A stretch of DNA of 64,000 nucleotides from an uncultured Chloroflexia bacterium. GTDB taxonomy: Bacteria > Chloroflexota > Limnocylindria > Limnocylindrales > CSP1-4. The stretch is taken from positions 833,660 through 897,659 of the forward strand of contig CAVTPA010000001.1 of the NCBI GenBank assembly GCA_963736545.1. Reading direction: 5' to 3'. This document shows positions 48,019 through 58,862 of the stretch, piece by piece (position 1 is the first letter of the stretch; each line of letters opens with the position of its first letter). Both the position numbers and the translations under genes were made by a program. A model generated the notes under the pieces. That model searched no databases. It was given only the letters and a program-made list of their open reading frames with translations, and was not told the origin of the DNA.

Positions 48019-50598
48019 GTGCACGATCGCGCCCCCGGATCCGGCGCCGCCCGCATCGGGCAGTTCGCCCTGCTGCTGGCCGTCGTCCTGGCCGCCCTGG
48101 TGGCCGGCCCGTCGACCGCGCTGGCAGCGAGCCCCTCGCCCACGCCGGCACTCCCGGCCGGGATGGCGATGGACGCCTGGGCGATGGTCCAGGGCCACGT
48201 CCGGACCGGGTCGTGGATGGCAATCCGGGTCGAGCTCACCAACGACGGGCCGCCGTTCGCCGGCGAGCTCCGGATGGTCGGCGGCACCCAGGGCCGGACC
48301 CGCTTCGCCGTGCCGGTCGACCTCCCGACGACGTCGCGCAAGGCGTACACCCTGCACGCCCAGTCGCCGGCCTTCGGCAGCTCGCTCGAGATCGCCCTGG
48401 TGGCCGACGAACGGGTCGTCGCCAGGCGCAGCGTCGCCTTCGCGATCCACGACCCGGGCCAGCTCGTCGTCGGCGTGGTCGCCGAACGGCCGGGGGCACT
48501 CGCGGCCGCCCTGTCCCGCCTGCGCGACCCGTCTGGGCCCGTGCCGGCGGTGGTCCAGCTGAGCATCGCCGACCTCCCCGACCGCCCCGAGGCCTGGTCG
48601 GCCCTCGACCGGCTCGTGTGGCAGGACGTCGACGCGGGCCAGCTCAGCGTCGAGCAGCTCGCCGCGCTGCGGACCTGGCTGGCCGGCGGCGGCCGCCTCA
48701 CGATCCTCGGCGGCAGTGGCGGGCTCGGCCTCCTGGCGGGGTTCCCTGACGAGCTCCTCCCCTACCGCCCGACCGCAACGATCGACGTCGAACCGGAGGC
48801 GATCCGCGGCTTCCTCGGCGGGACCCTCCCTCGCGGCGCGGAGGCGCTGCCCGCCCTGGCCGGGTCGGCCGGCGAGGGCGCCCGGACCCTCGCGACCCAG
48901 GGCGACCGGGTGATCGCCGCCGACCGGTCGGCCGGCTCCGGGGCCGTGACGCTCGTGGGCTTCGACCCGACCATCTCGTGGCTCGCCGACAGCACCGCCG
49001 TGGACGTCCTGTGGGCCGCGATCGTTCCCGCCCGCGGGGCCTCGCGTGCACCGCTCGTGGTCGGCGACGATGGGGTCGTCATCTCGCTCCTCGGCACGCT
49101 CCCGGCCCTGGCCCTCCCCCCGATCGAGGGCCTCCTCCTGCTCCTCCTCGCCTACATCCTGCTCATCGGGCCGGTGAACTACCTCGTCCTCCGGCGCCTC
49201 GACCGGCGGGAGTGGGCGTGGGTGACGATGCCGCTGCTCGTCGTCGGATTCGCGGTTGCCGCCTTCGCGATCGGGGCGGCGCTCCGCGGCACGGACGTGA
49301 TCGTGAACCAGCTCGCCGTCGTGCGAGCCGCGCCGGGCACCGACGCCGCGCAGGCGCAGGTCTACCTCGGCGTCTTCTCGCCGACTCGCGGCACGTACGA
49401 CGTCAGCATCCCCGGAGGGGCGCTCATCTCCGCGCCGTACATCGGCGAAGGGTTCGGCGAGGGTGGCACGCAGGGACTGGACGTTCTCCAGGGCGATCCG
49501 GCCCGCGTGCGCGCCCTGGAGGTCGGCTACGGCACCATGCGGTCGATTCGCGCCGAGGCCCCGGTCAGCGCGCCCCGCGTGGAGGCTCGTCTCAGCCTCG
49601 CCGACGACCGGATCGTCGGGACGATCCGGAACGCCTCCGACCGCCCCCTCGACAACGTCGCCGTCGTCCTCGGCACGGGCGTCGTCGTGCTCGGCGACCT
49701 GGCCGCCGGGAGCACCGCCGAGGTGAACCTGCGCATGGAGCCGGACACGTTCGGACGGGCCCTCTCGGAGCGGATCTTCGGCCAGCAGGTGTGGCGCGAG
49801 GACGGCAGCGTCGGCCCGGAGCTCCTCCGCGACAACGTCCGGCGCCAGCTCGTCGACGCACTCACGTACGACCCCTTCTTCGGGAACATGGGAATGCTGC
49901 CGGCCGACGGGCCGGTCCTCCTTGCCTGGGGAGCGCCCGGGCTGATCCCGGTCGAGGTGGCCGGGACCGACCCGCGCGTGACCGGCGAGACGCTCTATTA
50001 CCTTCCCCTCGGCCTGGCGGCCCGGGGACGGGTCGTGTTCACGCCGGACCTGGTGCGGAGCTCGCTCGTGGAGGCCCGTGCGCAGTACTTCAACAAGGAT
50101 CCGTACAACATCTCGATCGGCGGCGGCTCCGCCACGCTGGCCTACCGGCCGATCCCGGTCACCGGCGACTTCCGCCCGACGCGGCTCGCCCTCGGCATCA
50201 ACATGGGGATGGTCGTCCCGCTCGTCGGCAACGGCGCGAACGGCGGGATCGAGCCGGCTCCGCCCGAGGACGAGGATCCGGCCGGCACGCCGATGCCGGG
50301 CGATGCGCCCGGCGCCGGCTCATCCGGCTCGTCCGGCTCGGGGGCGGCTCCCGCCCCGGACGAGCCGATCGCCCCGCCGGGCGGCGAGGCAGGCCTCCCG
50401 ACGATCGAGCTGTTCGACATCGAGGCGGGGGCCTGGCGCCTCGTCCCCGACCTCGCCTCCGGCAAGGTTGTCGAGATCCGCGATCCCGCGCGGTTCGTCG
50501 ACGCCGGCTCCGGAACGGTCCTGCTCCGCCTCACGAACGAGCGCGAGGAGGTCATCGGCCTCCAGCTGGCCGTCCAGCTCGAGGGGGAGATGCGATGA
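48019..50598 (+). CDS. Large membrane protein of unknown function (859 aa), first gene of the ABC/MoxR/VWA operon
   Basis: GTG 48019, then signal-like QFALLLAVVLAALVAGPSTALA. A segment resembles GATase1/ThuA-type modules (LSVEQLAALRTWLAGGGRLTILGG). Two central TM helices and a Gly/Ser/Pro-rich stretch follow. This is the tail of ORF 46396..50598. Confidence 0.7.
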   Translation: MHDRAPGSGAARIGQFALLLAVVLAALVAGPSTALAASPSPTPALPAGMAMDAWAMVQGHVRTGSWMAIRVELTNDGPPFAGELRMVGGTQGRTRFAVPVDLPTTSRKAYTLHAQSPAFGSSLEIALVADERVVARRSVAFAIHDPGQLVVGVVAERPGALAAALSRLRDPSGPVPAVVQLSIADLPDRPEAWSALDRLVWQDVDAGQLSVEQLAALRTWLAGGGRLTILGGSGGLGLLAGFPDELLPYRPTATIDVEPEAIRGFLGGTLPRGAEALPALAGSAGEGARTLATQGDRVIAADRSAGSGAVTLVGFDPTISWLADSTAVDVLWAAIVPARGASRAPLVVGDDGVVISLLGTLPALALPPIEGLLLLLLAYILLIGPVNYLVLRRLDRREWAWVTMPLLVVGFAVAAFAIGAALRGTDVIVNQLAVVRAAPGTDAAQAQVYLGVFSPTRGTYDVSIPGGALISAPYIGEGFGEGGTQGLDVLQGDPARVRALEVGYGTMRSIRAEAPVSAPRVEARLSLADDRIVGTIRNASDRPLDNVAVVLGTGVVVLGDLAAGSTAEVNLRMEPDTFGRALSERIFGQQVWREDGSVGPELLRDNVRRQLVDALTYDPFFGNMGMLPADGPVLLAWGAPGLIPVEVAGTDPRVTGETLYYLPLGLAARGRVVFTPDLVRSSLVEARAQYFNKDPYNISIGGGSATLAYRPIPVTGDFRPTRLALGINMGMVVPLVGNGANGGIEPAPPEDEDPAGTPMPGDAPGAGSSGSSGSGAAPAPDEPIAPPGGEAGLPTIELFDIEAGAWRLVPDLASGKVVEIRDPARFVDAGSGTVLLRLTNEREEVIGLQLAVQLEGEMR

Positions 50599-51551
50599 CC
50601 TCGATCGTCGCCGTGCGCGGGCTCACGAAGCGCTACGACGGGACGCTCGCCCTCGGCGGTCTCGACCTCGACGTCGGCGCCGGCGAGATCTTCGGCCTCG
50701 TCGGGCCGAACGGCGCGGGCAAGACGACGACGCTGCGCATCCTCGCGACGCTCCTGCCGCCGTCGGGCGGCGATGCCGAGATCGCGGGGGCGTCGGTCCG
50801 GCGGAACCCCGAGCAGGTTCGACGCGTCGTCGGCTACATGCCGGACAGCTTCGGCGTGTACGACGACATGAAGGTCTGGGAGTACCTGGACTTCTTCGGC
50901 CGCTGCCATGGGCTCGCCGCCGACCGCCGGCGGCGGATGATCGGCGACCTCCTCGAGCTCGTCGACCTCGCGGCCAAGCGCGACGCGTACGTCGCGACGC
51001 TGTCGCGGGGCATGCAGCAGCGGCTCTGCCTCGCCCACGCGCTCGTCCACGATCCTGCCGTCCTGGTCCTCGACGAGCCCGCGTCGGGGCTCGACCCGCG
51101 CGCCCGGATGGAGCTTCGCGAGCTGCTCCGGGAGCTTCGCTCGCTCGGCAAGACGGTGCTCATCAGCAGCCACATCCTCCCCGAGCTCGAGGAGCTGTGC
51201 ACGAGCCTCGCGATCATCGACGGGGGCAGGGTCCTCGCCCAGGGCACGATGGCGGAGATCGAGGCCCGCCTCCGCGTCGGTGCCGTCCTGCGCGTCCGCG
51301 TGGTCGGCGACGACGCGGCCGTGGCCGAGGCACGCACGCATTTCGCGGCCGCGCCCGGAGTCGCCTCAGCCGAGGTGGTCGGCGACGGTCTCGTCGAGAT
51401 CGGCTTCGCCGGCGACGACGAGGCCGCTGCGACGCTGCTGGCAGGCGCCGTGGGCGCCGGCGTGCGGGTCGCCTCGTTCGCCCACGCCGCGAGCGACCTC
51501 GAGGAGCTGTTCCTCCAGGTCACGGGCGACCGACCTGCGGAGGTGGCGTGA
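50595..51551 (+). CDS. ABC transporter ATP-binding protein
   Basis: Walker A GPNGAGKTT, signature LSRGMQQRL, Walker B VLVLDEP. The start overlaps the upstream stop (ATGA). Confidence 0.92.
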   Translation: MTSIVAVRGLTKRYDGTLALGGLDLDVGAGEIFGLVGPNGAGKTTTLRILATLLPPSGGDAEIAGASVRRNPEQVRRVVGYMPDSFGVYDDMKVWEYLDFFGRCHGLAADRRRRMIGDLLELVDLAAKRDAYVATLSRGMQQRLCLAHALVHDPAVLVLDEPASGLDPRARMELRELLRELRSLGKTVLISSHILPELEELCTSLAIIDGGRVLAQGTMAEIEARLRVGAVLRVRVVGDDAAVAEARTHFAAAPGVASAEVVGDGLVEIGFAGDDEAAATLLAGAVGAGVRVASFAHAASDLEELFLQVTGDRPAEVA

Positions 51552-52717
51552 TGCGCGCCCGAGCGGCCGGCCTGCTGACGAGCATCGGGGCGGTAGCGAC
51601 CAAGGAGCTGCGTGGTCGTGTCCGCGGCCCGCGGGCCTTCGTCGCGATCACGATCTACCTCGCCCTGCTCGCGGTGGTCGCGCTGATCGTGTACACCGCG
51701 CAACGCGACGTCCTGACGCCGCAGTCCGCGTTCGGCGGCGGCAACCCGTACGTGTCGGCGCAGGTCGGGCAGGCCATCTTCGCGACGCTGCTCTTCCTGC
51801 AGGTGCTCCTCGTCGTCTTCCTCGCGCCCGCGGTGACGTCCGGCGCGATCAGCCTCGAGCGGGAGAAGCAGACGCTCGACATGCTCAACGCGACGCCGGT
51901 CAGCACGCTCGGCATCGTCCTCGGCAAGCTGCTGGCCGCAGCCGCCTTCGTCGCCATCCTCATCGTCGCGAGCATCCCGCTCACGGCCCTCGTCTTCCTG
52001 TTCGGTGGCGTGGCCCCCGAGGACGTCCTGCGCGGCTACCTCGTCGTCTTCGTCACGGCAATGGGGTTCGGCTGCGTCGGCCTCTTCATCTCGAGCCTGA
52101 CGAAGCGCACCCAGAACGCGACCGTCCTGACGTTCGTCGCGGTCCTCCTGCTGACGGCAGGCACCGGGTTCGGCCTCGTGCTCGAGTTCGCCCTGTACGG
52201 GAGCCCCCAGGTCGCCACCAACGTCGTCCGGGATGTCGCCCCGCCCGATGTGGAGGAGAGCTCCGACACCGTCGCCGCCGGTCACCCGGTTCCGTGGCCT
52301 CCCGACGTGCTCGTCCTCTTCAACCCGTTCGTGGCCGCGGCCGACGTCATCTGCGGCTCGGACGTCAACCCCTACTCCCAGAGCTGCCTGGCGATCGCCT
52401 CGGTCACCGGCAGGTCGCCCGGCGTGACGAGCGGCAAGCCCGGAGAGGTTCCTCCGCCGATGGTCGACGACGTGAAGGATGGGCTGGCCGAGAACGAGGC
52501 CGTCGTGGACGGCGCGCTGGTGTTCGTCAGGCCGGCGGCCGTCGCCGCGGCCGAGCCATTCGTCTCGACCTCCACTCGGGACGCCTACTGGCCCCGATCG
52601 GCCGCGGCCTGGCTCGTGACGTCCCTCGTCCTCGTCCTGGCCTCCGTCCAGTTCGTCGGCCCGACGCGTCGCTGGCGGATCTTCCGTCGCTGGTCCCGCA
52701 GGGAGTCACGGCCATGA
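51551..52717 (+). CDS. ABC-2-type permease with a long extracytoplasmic insert
   Basis: The ATG overlaps the ATPase stop (GTGATG). Six or more TM helices and ISLEREKQTLDML are present. This is the tail of ORF 50078..52717. Confidence 0.8.
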   Translation: MRARAAGLLTSIGAVATKELRGRVRGPRAFVAITIYLALLAVVALIVYTAQRDVLTPQSAFGGGNPYVSAQVGQAIFATLLFLQVLLVVFLAPAVTSGAISLEREKQTLDMLNATPVSTLGIVLGKLLAAAAFVAILIVASIPLTALVFLFGGVAPEDVLRGYLVVFVTAMGFGCVGLFISSLTKRTQNATVLTFVAVLLLTAGTGFGLVLEFALYGSPQVATNVVRDVAPPDVEESSDTVAAGHPVPWPPDVLVLFNPFVAAADVICGSDVNPYSQSCLAIASVTGRSPGVTSGKPGEVPPPMVDDVKDGLAENEAVVDGALVFVRPAAVAAAEPFVSTSTRDAYWPRSAAAWLVTSLVLVLASVQFVGPTRRWRIFRRWSRRESRP

Positions 52718-54634
52718 GCATCCCGCTCGCCCGCGGCGCCGGACCGCGGTCCGGCCGCGCCGCGCCGCCCCCCGATCCCGTCCCCGCCGACGGGGAGCTG
52801 CAGACCCTGCGGGCCGGGCTCCAGCGGCAGCGCGCGCGACTCTGGCTGCGACGGGCCGCACGGCGGGGCTGGTGGGCGCTCGCGATCGCCGCCGTTGCGT
52901 GGGCGGCGCTGCTTGCCGTCGCCCGGGTCGTCCCGATCGAGACGCTGGCGGCCTTCCTCGCCGCGGTCCCCGTCGTGGTTGGCGCGGGCCTCATCGTGGC
53001 CGTGCTGCACGCCCGGCCGTCGCTCGGGGAAGCGGCCCTCGCCGTCGACGCCGAGGCCGGCCTCGCGGACCGGGTCGGGAGCGCGCTCGCCTTCGCCGCA
53101 GAGCCGCCCCACGGGGCCGACCCCGACGCCGCCGCGCACGACGCCTTCGTCGCGCGTCAGCGTCGCGATGCGCTCGCGGCGCTGGCACACGTCCCGTCGG
53201 GCACGTTCCGGCCGCGGCTGGCGCGCCGGCCGGCGCTCGTCGCCCTCGTCGCGCTCGCGCTCCTGGCGCCCCTCGCGCTCATCCCCAACGGCATGGACCA
53301 GCAGATCGCCCGCGACCGTGCCGTGCGGGACGAGGCCGCCGCGACCGCCGAGCGGATCGACCAGGTCGCAGAGGACCTCGAACGCGCCGGACGGACGCCG
53401 ACGGACCCGCGATCGCGGCTGGCGCAGGACCTGCGCGAGCTCGCCCGGAACCTCCGCGACGACCCGGGCGCCCTCGACCGCAACCTGGCCAGACTTGGGG
53501 CAGTGGAGGCCTCCGTCCGGGAGCAGCTCGACCCCTCCAACGAGGAGCGGGCGGCGGCGCTCGCGTCGCTCAGCCGGGGGCTCTCGCGTGCTGCCACCGG
53601 CGAGGCGCGGGCGAACGCTGGCGGCGACCCCGAGGAAGCCGAACAGGACCTCGAACGCCTCGCCGACGAGCTCGACACCAGGACGAGCGACGAGCTCGCG
53701 CGGCTCGGCCAGACGCTCGCAGCGCTCCAGGGCGCCGCCGGGCAGGCGGGATCAGGCGCCGACGCCGCCCTCCGCGACGCAACGAACGCCCTGGCGCGCG
53801 GCGACGCCGCGGCCGCCGCGGATGCGCTCCGGAGGCTCGGCGACGCCCTTCGCGGGGCCGAGGACCGCGTGGCCACGAACCGCGACCTGGGCGGGGCCGC
53901 GTCGCAGCTCCAGGACGCGCGGCGACGTCTCGCCGATGCCGGCCGCCAGGGCGATCCGACCGCCGGCCAGCAGGGCCAGCCGGGCCAGGGGCAGGGCCAG
54001 CCGGGCCAGGGGCAGGGCCAGCCGGGCGCCTCCGGCGATCCGGGCCAGGGTCAAGGTCAAGGGCAGGGCCAGGGATCCGGCCAGGGGCAGGGCCAGGGGC
54101 AAGGTCGCAGGGCCAGGGTCAAGGTCAAGGGCAGGGCCAGGGATCCGGCCAGGGGCAGGGCCAGGGGCAAGGCTCCGGGCAGGGCCAGGGTCAAGGCTCC
54201 GGGCAGGGACAGGGGTCCGGCCAGGGGCAAGGGCAAGGCCAGGGCCAGGGGTCGATCGGTGGCGGGGGGTCGAACGCCCGCTATCTCGGCAGCGGCACGG
54301 GCTCCGGCACGGCCCGGGGTCCCGTCAATCCCAATCGGCCGGCCGGCGAGCCCGCCGACCAGGGTTCCGTCTATGCGCCGTTCGACCGCGTCGGCCGGCC
54401 GGGCGACCCCACCTACGTCGCCGGCAGCGGCGGCGACGGCGGCCAGGTCCAGCCCGGCACCGGCACCGGCGGCGGCACCACGAACCCGGCGCTCGTGCCG
54501 TACGCGGACGTCTTCGGCGACTTCTACCGCTATGCGCAGACGAGCCTCGACCGGAGCTACGTCCCGATCGCGGTCAAGGACTTCGTCCGCGACTACTTCA
54601 GCGCCCTCGATCCCACCGGCCAGGAGGCACAGTG

Positions 54635-54635
<1 letters not shown>
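52714..54635 (+). CDS. Membrane-anchored coiled-coil protein with a (Gly-Gln)n repeat and a conserved C-terminal domain; frame break at 54106-54110
   Basis: ATGA start overlap. TM helices include WWALAIAAVAWAALLAV. A long Ala/Arg/Asp/Leu helical region and GQ repeats follow. The reading continues in the frame of ORF 52872..54635, ending ...YADVFGDFYRYAQTSLDRSYVPIAVKDFVRDYFSALDP. Confidence 0.7.
53965..54250 (+). repeat. Hexanucleotide (GGN-CAR) tandem repeat encoding Gly-Gln/Gly-Ser, with a perfect 63-nt duplication
   Basis: Positions 54043-54105 and 54111-54173 are identical and separated by the 5-nt spacer CGCAG. The period is therefore 68 nt. Confidence 0.85.
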
Positions 54636-55684
<1,049 letters not shown>

Positions 55685-55703
55685 CGGCCCGGCCCGCGCA
55701 CCC

Positions 55704-56702
55704 GTGGAGCAGAACCTGGGCATGTCGCCGCCCCCCGGGGGCGCGAACTCGGATGCTCCGATCTCGCGCCCCGCGGCCGGTGGAGGTCAGGCGGGACGGG
55801 CGGCGTTCCTGCCGTCGGACGTCGACCCCACGGTCTTCGACGAGGAGTTCCTGCGGCGGCTCGAGCGCCTCGCCGTCCTCGTCAAGCGACCGGTCCGCGG
55901 CGGGCTCAAGGGCGGCCGGCGCAGCGTCAAGCGGGGCCAGTCGGTCGAGTTCGCCGACTACCGCGACTACTCGCTCGGCGACGACCTCCGCCAGCTCGAC
56001 TGGAACGTCTACGCGCGCCTCGAGAAGCTGCTCGTGAAGCTGTTCATCGAGGAGGAGGACCTCACCGTCACGCTGCTCGTCGACGGGTCAGCCTCGATGG
56101 CGCACGGGGCGCCGGACAAGCTCGTGTTCGCCAAGCGCGCCGCGGCCGCGCTCGGGTACATCGCCCTGGCGGCCGAGGACCGGGTCGTCCTGGCCTCGCT
56201 GGCCGGGCGGACGGGCCGCCGTCGGGCCGCGCTGCGGGGCTCCGGCCGCGCGTTCCGCCTCCTCGCCGAGCTTTCGGCGATCCAGCCGGCGGACGGCGTG
56301 ACCGACCTCGTCGCGGCCTGTCGCCACGCCCTCGCCCAGGTGTCGGGGCGCGGCGTCCTCGTGCTCCTCTCCGACCTTCTCGATCCGGGGGCCGAGCGCG
56401 CCCTCCGCGACCTCGCCGGGACCGGCTCCGAGGTCATCGTCCTCCACGTGCTCGCCCCCGACGAGCTGGCCCCGACCCTCGAGGGCGACCTTCGCCTCGT
56501 CGACGCGGAGTCCGGCGCAACCGTCGACGTGACCCTCGACCTCGCCGCCCGGGAGCGCTACGCCGCGCGGGTGGAAGCCTGGCGGGCCGACCTGGCCACG
56601 CTCGCCGCGAAGCGGCGGATCGCCTACGTGCCGCTCACCTCCGACGTCCCGCTCGCCGACCTCGTGTTCGCGGAGCTGCGTCGCCGGCGCGTGGTCGGGT
56701 AG
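55704..56702 (+). CDS. DUF58-family protein
   Basis: GQSVEFADYRDYSLGDDLRQLDW, then a VWA-like fold (TLLVDGSASM). Confidence 0.88.
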   Translation: MEQNLGMSPPPGGANSDAPISRPAAGGGQAGRAAFLPSDVDPTVFDEEFLRRLERLAVLVKRPVRGGLKGGRRSVKRGQSVEFADYRDYSLGDDLRQLDWNVYARLEKLLVKLFIEEEDLTVTLLVDGSASMAHGAPDKLVFAKRAAAALGYIALAAEDRVVLASLAGRTGRRRAALRGSGRAFRLLAELSAIQPADGVTDLVAACRHALAQVSGRGVLVLLSDLLDPGAERALRDLAGTGSEVIVLHVLAPDELAPTLEGDLRLVDAESGATVDVTLDLAARERYAARVEAWRADLATLAAKRRIAYVPLTSDVPLADLVFAELRRRRVVG

Positions 56703-56712
56703 GAGCGCGCCC

Positions 56713-58862
56713 ATGCCGTTCGCCGCGCCGCTGGCACTCCTGGGGCTCGCCTTCCTCCCCCTCGTCGTCGCCTTCTGGATGCTCAAGCTCCGCCGCACCG
56801 AGCGGACCGTCGGCTCCACCCTCCTCTGGCAACGCTTCGGCGAGGATCTGCAGGCGAACGCACCATGGCAGCGGCTGCGCCGGTCGTTCCTGCTCCTCCT
56901 GCAGCTGCTCCTCGTCCTCCTCCTCGCGCTCCTGGCGGCGCAGCCGTTCCTGGAGCGCCCGGCAACCCTCGCCCGCGACCTCGTGATCGTCGTGGACGCC
57001 TCGGCCAGCATGGCGGCGACCGACGTGTCGCCCTCGCGCCTCGAGGCGGCGAAGGCGCTGGCGCTCGACGCCCTTGCGCGACCTGCCGGCCGGCGGCCGG
57101 GTCAGCGTCGTGGCGGCCGGGGCGACGCCGCGCGTCGTCGCCAACGCGACCGCCGACCTGGGCCGGGTCCGGGCGGCGCTCGCCGGGATCGAGGCGACTC
57201 CCGCCGGCGCCGACCTTGCCGAGGCGCTCGCACTCGCCTCGGCACTGGCCGCCCGGGCTGGCGACGCGCAGGTGCTCATCGCCACCGATGCCGCGTTCAC
57301 GCCGCCGGACGACCTGCGCGTCGCGGCCCCGGTGACCGTCCTCCAGGTGGGTCGCGAGCGGGCGAACCAGGCGATCGTGGCGTTCGGCGTTCGGAGCGCC
57401 CCGACGGCGGTGACCCGGTCCGTCCTCATCTCCGTCGCCAACCTCGACCTCGAGCCCGCGAACGAGCGCGTCGAGCTGCTCGGCGACGGCCGGCTCCTCG
57501 AGGCCCGCGACCTCTTCATCGACCCGGTCACGCAGGCCGACATCGCGATCGACGACATCCCGCTCGACGTCCGCGTCCTCGAGGTGCGCCTGGCCGGCGA
57601 CGACCAGCTGGCGCTCGACGACCGCGCGTGGGCGATCGTGCCGCCCGATCGGCTCCTGCGGATCCTCCTCGTCGGCGAGGGCGACCCCTACCTCGAGACG
57701 GCGCTCAGCTTCCTGCCCAACGCCGAGCTGTACGGGGTGAAGCCGGGCGACTACGGCCCGGGAACGAAGCCCGAGCTCTTCGACCTCGTCATCTTCGACG
57801 CCACCCTCCCGGCCGAGCTCCCGCGTGTGCCCACCCTCGCGATCGCGCCGCCGCGGACGAGCCCGCTCGGGACCGTGACCGGAACCGTGACCGACCCCGC
57901 ACTGGGGCGCGCCGCGCCCGACGAGCCGCTCCTCCGCTACGTGGACCTCACGACCCTCCACGTCGCCGAGGCACGACGCCTCACGCTGCCCGACTGGGGC
58001 CGGACGGTCATCCCGACGGCGGCCGGCGACCCGCTCCTCTACACCGGCTCCCGCGAGGGCGTGCCCACCGGCGTCCTCGCCTTCGAGCCGCGTCGCTCCG
58101 ACCTCCCGCTCCAGGTCGCGTTCCCGATCCTCGTCAGCAACCTCGTCGGCGAGCTCGTCGGCGCGTCGCGGGCACCGTCGACCGCCGTCGCCCCGGGCGC
58201 GCTCGTGAGCCTCGCGATCCCGGCCGGCGCGACCGGCCTGCAGGTCACGCGACCGGACGGGACGACCCTCGACCTCGCGCCGGCCGTCGTCGGGGGCGCA
58301 ACCGCGACCCTCGCGGCCACGGATCAACTCGGCGTGTACACGGTGGTCCCGGTCGGCATGCCCGAGTCGAGCCCGGGGCCGGGGAGCTCGCCGGGCGCAT
58401 CACCGGGGACGTCGCCCGGGGCGTCGCCGTCGACGCCACCCCCGACGGCCGAGCCCGGCGCTTCGGCGACGCCCGTCCTCGTCGACCCGAACGCGCCCGT
58501 CCAGTTCGCCGTCGACCTGTTCGACGTCGGCGAGTCGACGATCGCCCCCGGCTCCGCCGCGGCCCTCGAACGGCTCGGCGCCGACCCGGGCAACGGGAGC
58601 GCCGGCGGGGCCGGCGACGACCGGCCGCCGGCCCGCGAGGACCTGTGGGTGCCGCTCGCCGCCATCGCCCTCGCGTTCCTGCTGCTCGAGGCCCTGGTCT
58701 TCCAGCGTGACGCCGTCGTCCGCGGGCGGCGCTGGCTGCGCGGTCCGCCTCGGGCGGGAGCCGGCGGGGACGGGGCCAACGACCGGGCCGGGGGGCCGAC
58801 CGGGGGGGCCGACGGCCGGCCGCCCATCCTCGGCAGCGGCGCCACCGGGCAGGGCCGGCTGA
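56713..58862 (+). CDS. BatA-like protein (N-terminal double-TM domain plus VWA domain); frame break near 57076; 3' end uncertain
   Basis: MPFAAPLALLGLAFLPLVVAFWMLKLRR and the MIDAS motif LVIVVDASASM lie in ORF 56713..58710. After ALDAL the reading continues in ORF 57074..61552 (RDLPAGGRVSVVAAG...). A C-terminal TM helix is WVPLAAIALAFLLLEALVF. Confidence 0.75.

Noticed and set aside
53965-54250. Possible CRISPR array, from the regular short repeats here and at 24494-24582
   Set aside because: The repeats are contiguous 6-nt coding units or 27-31-nt units with no unique spacers. No cas genes are present in the window.
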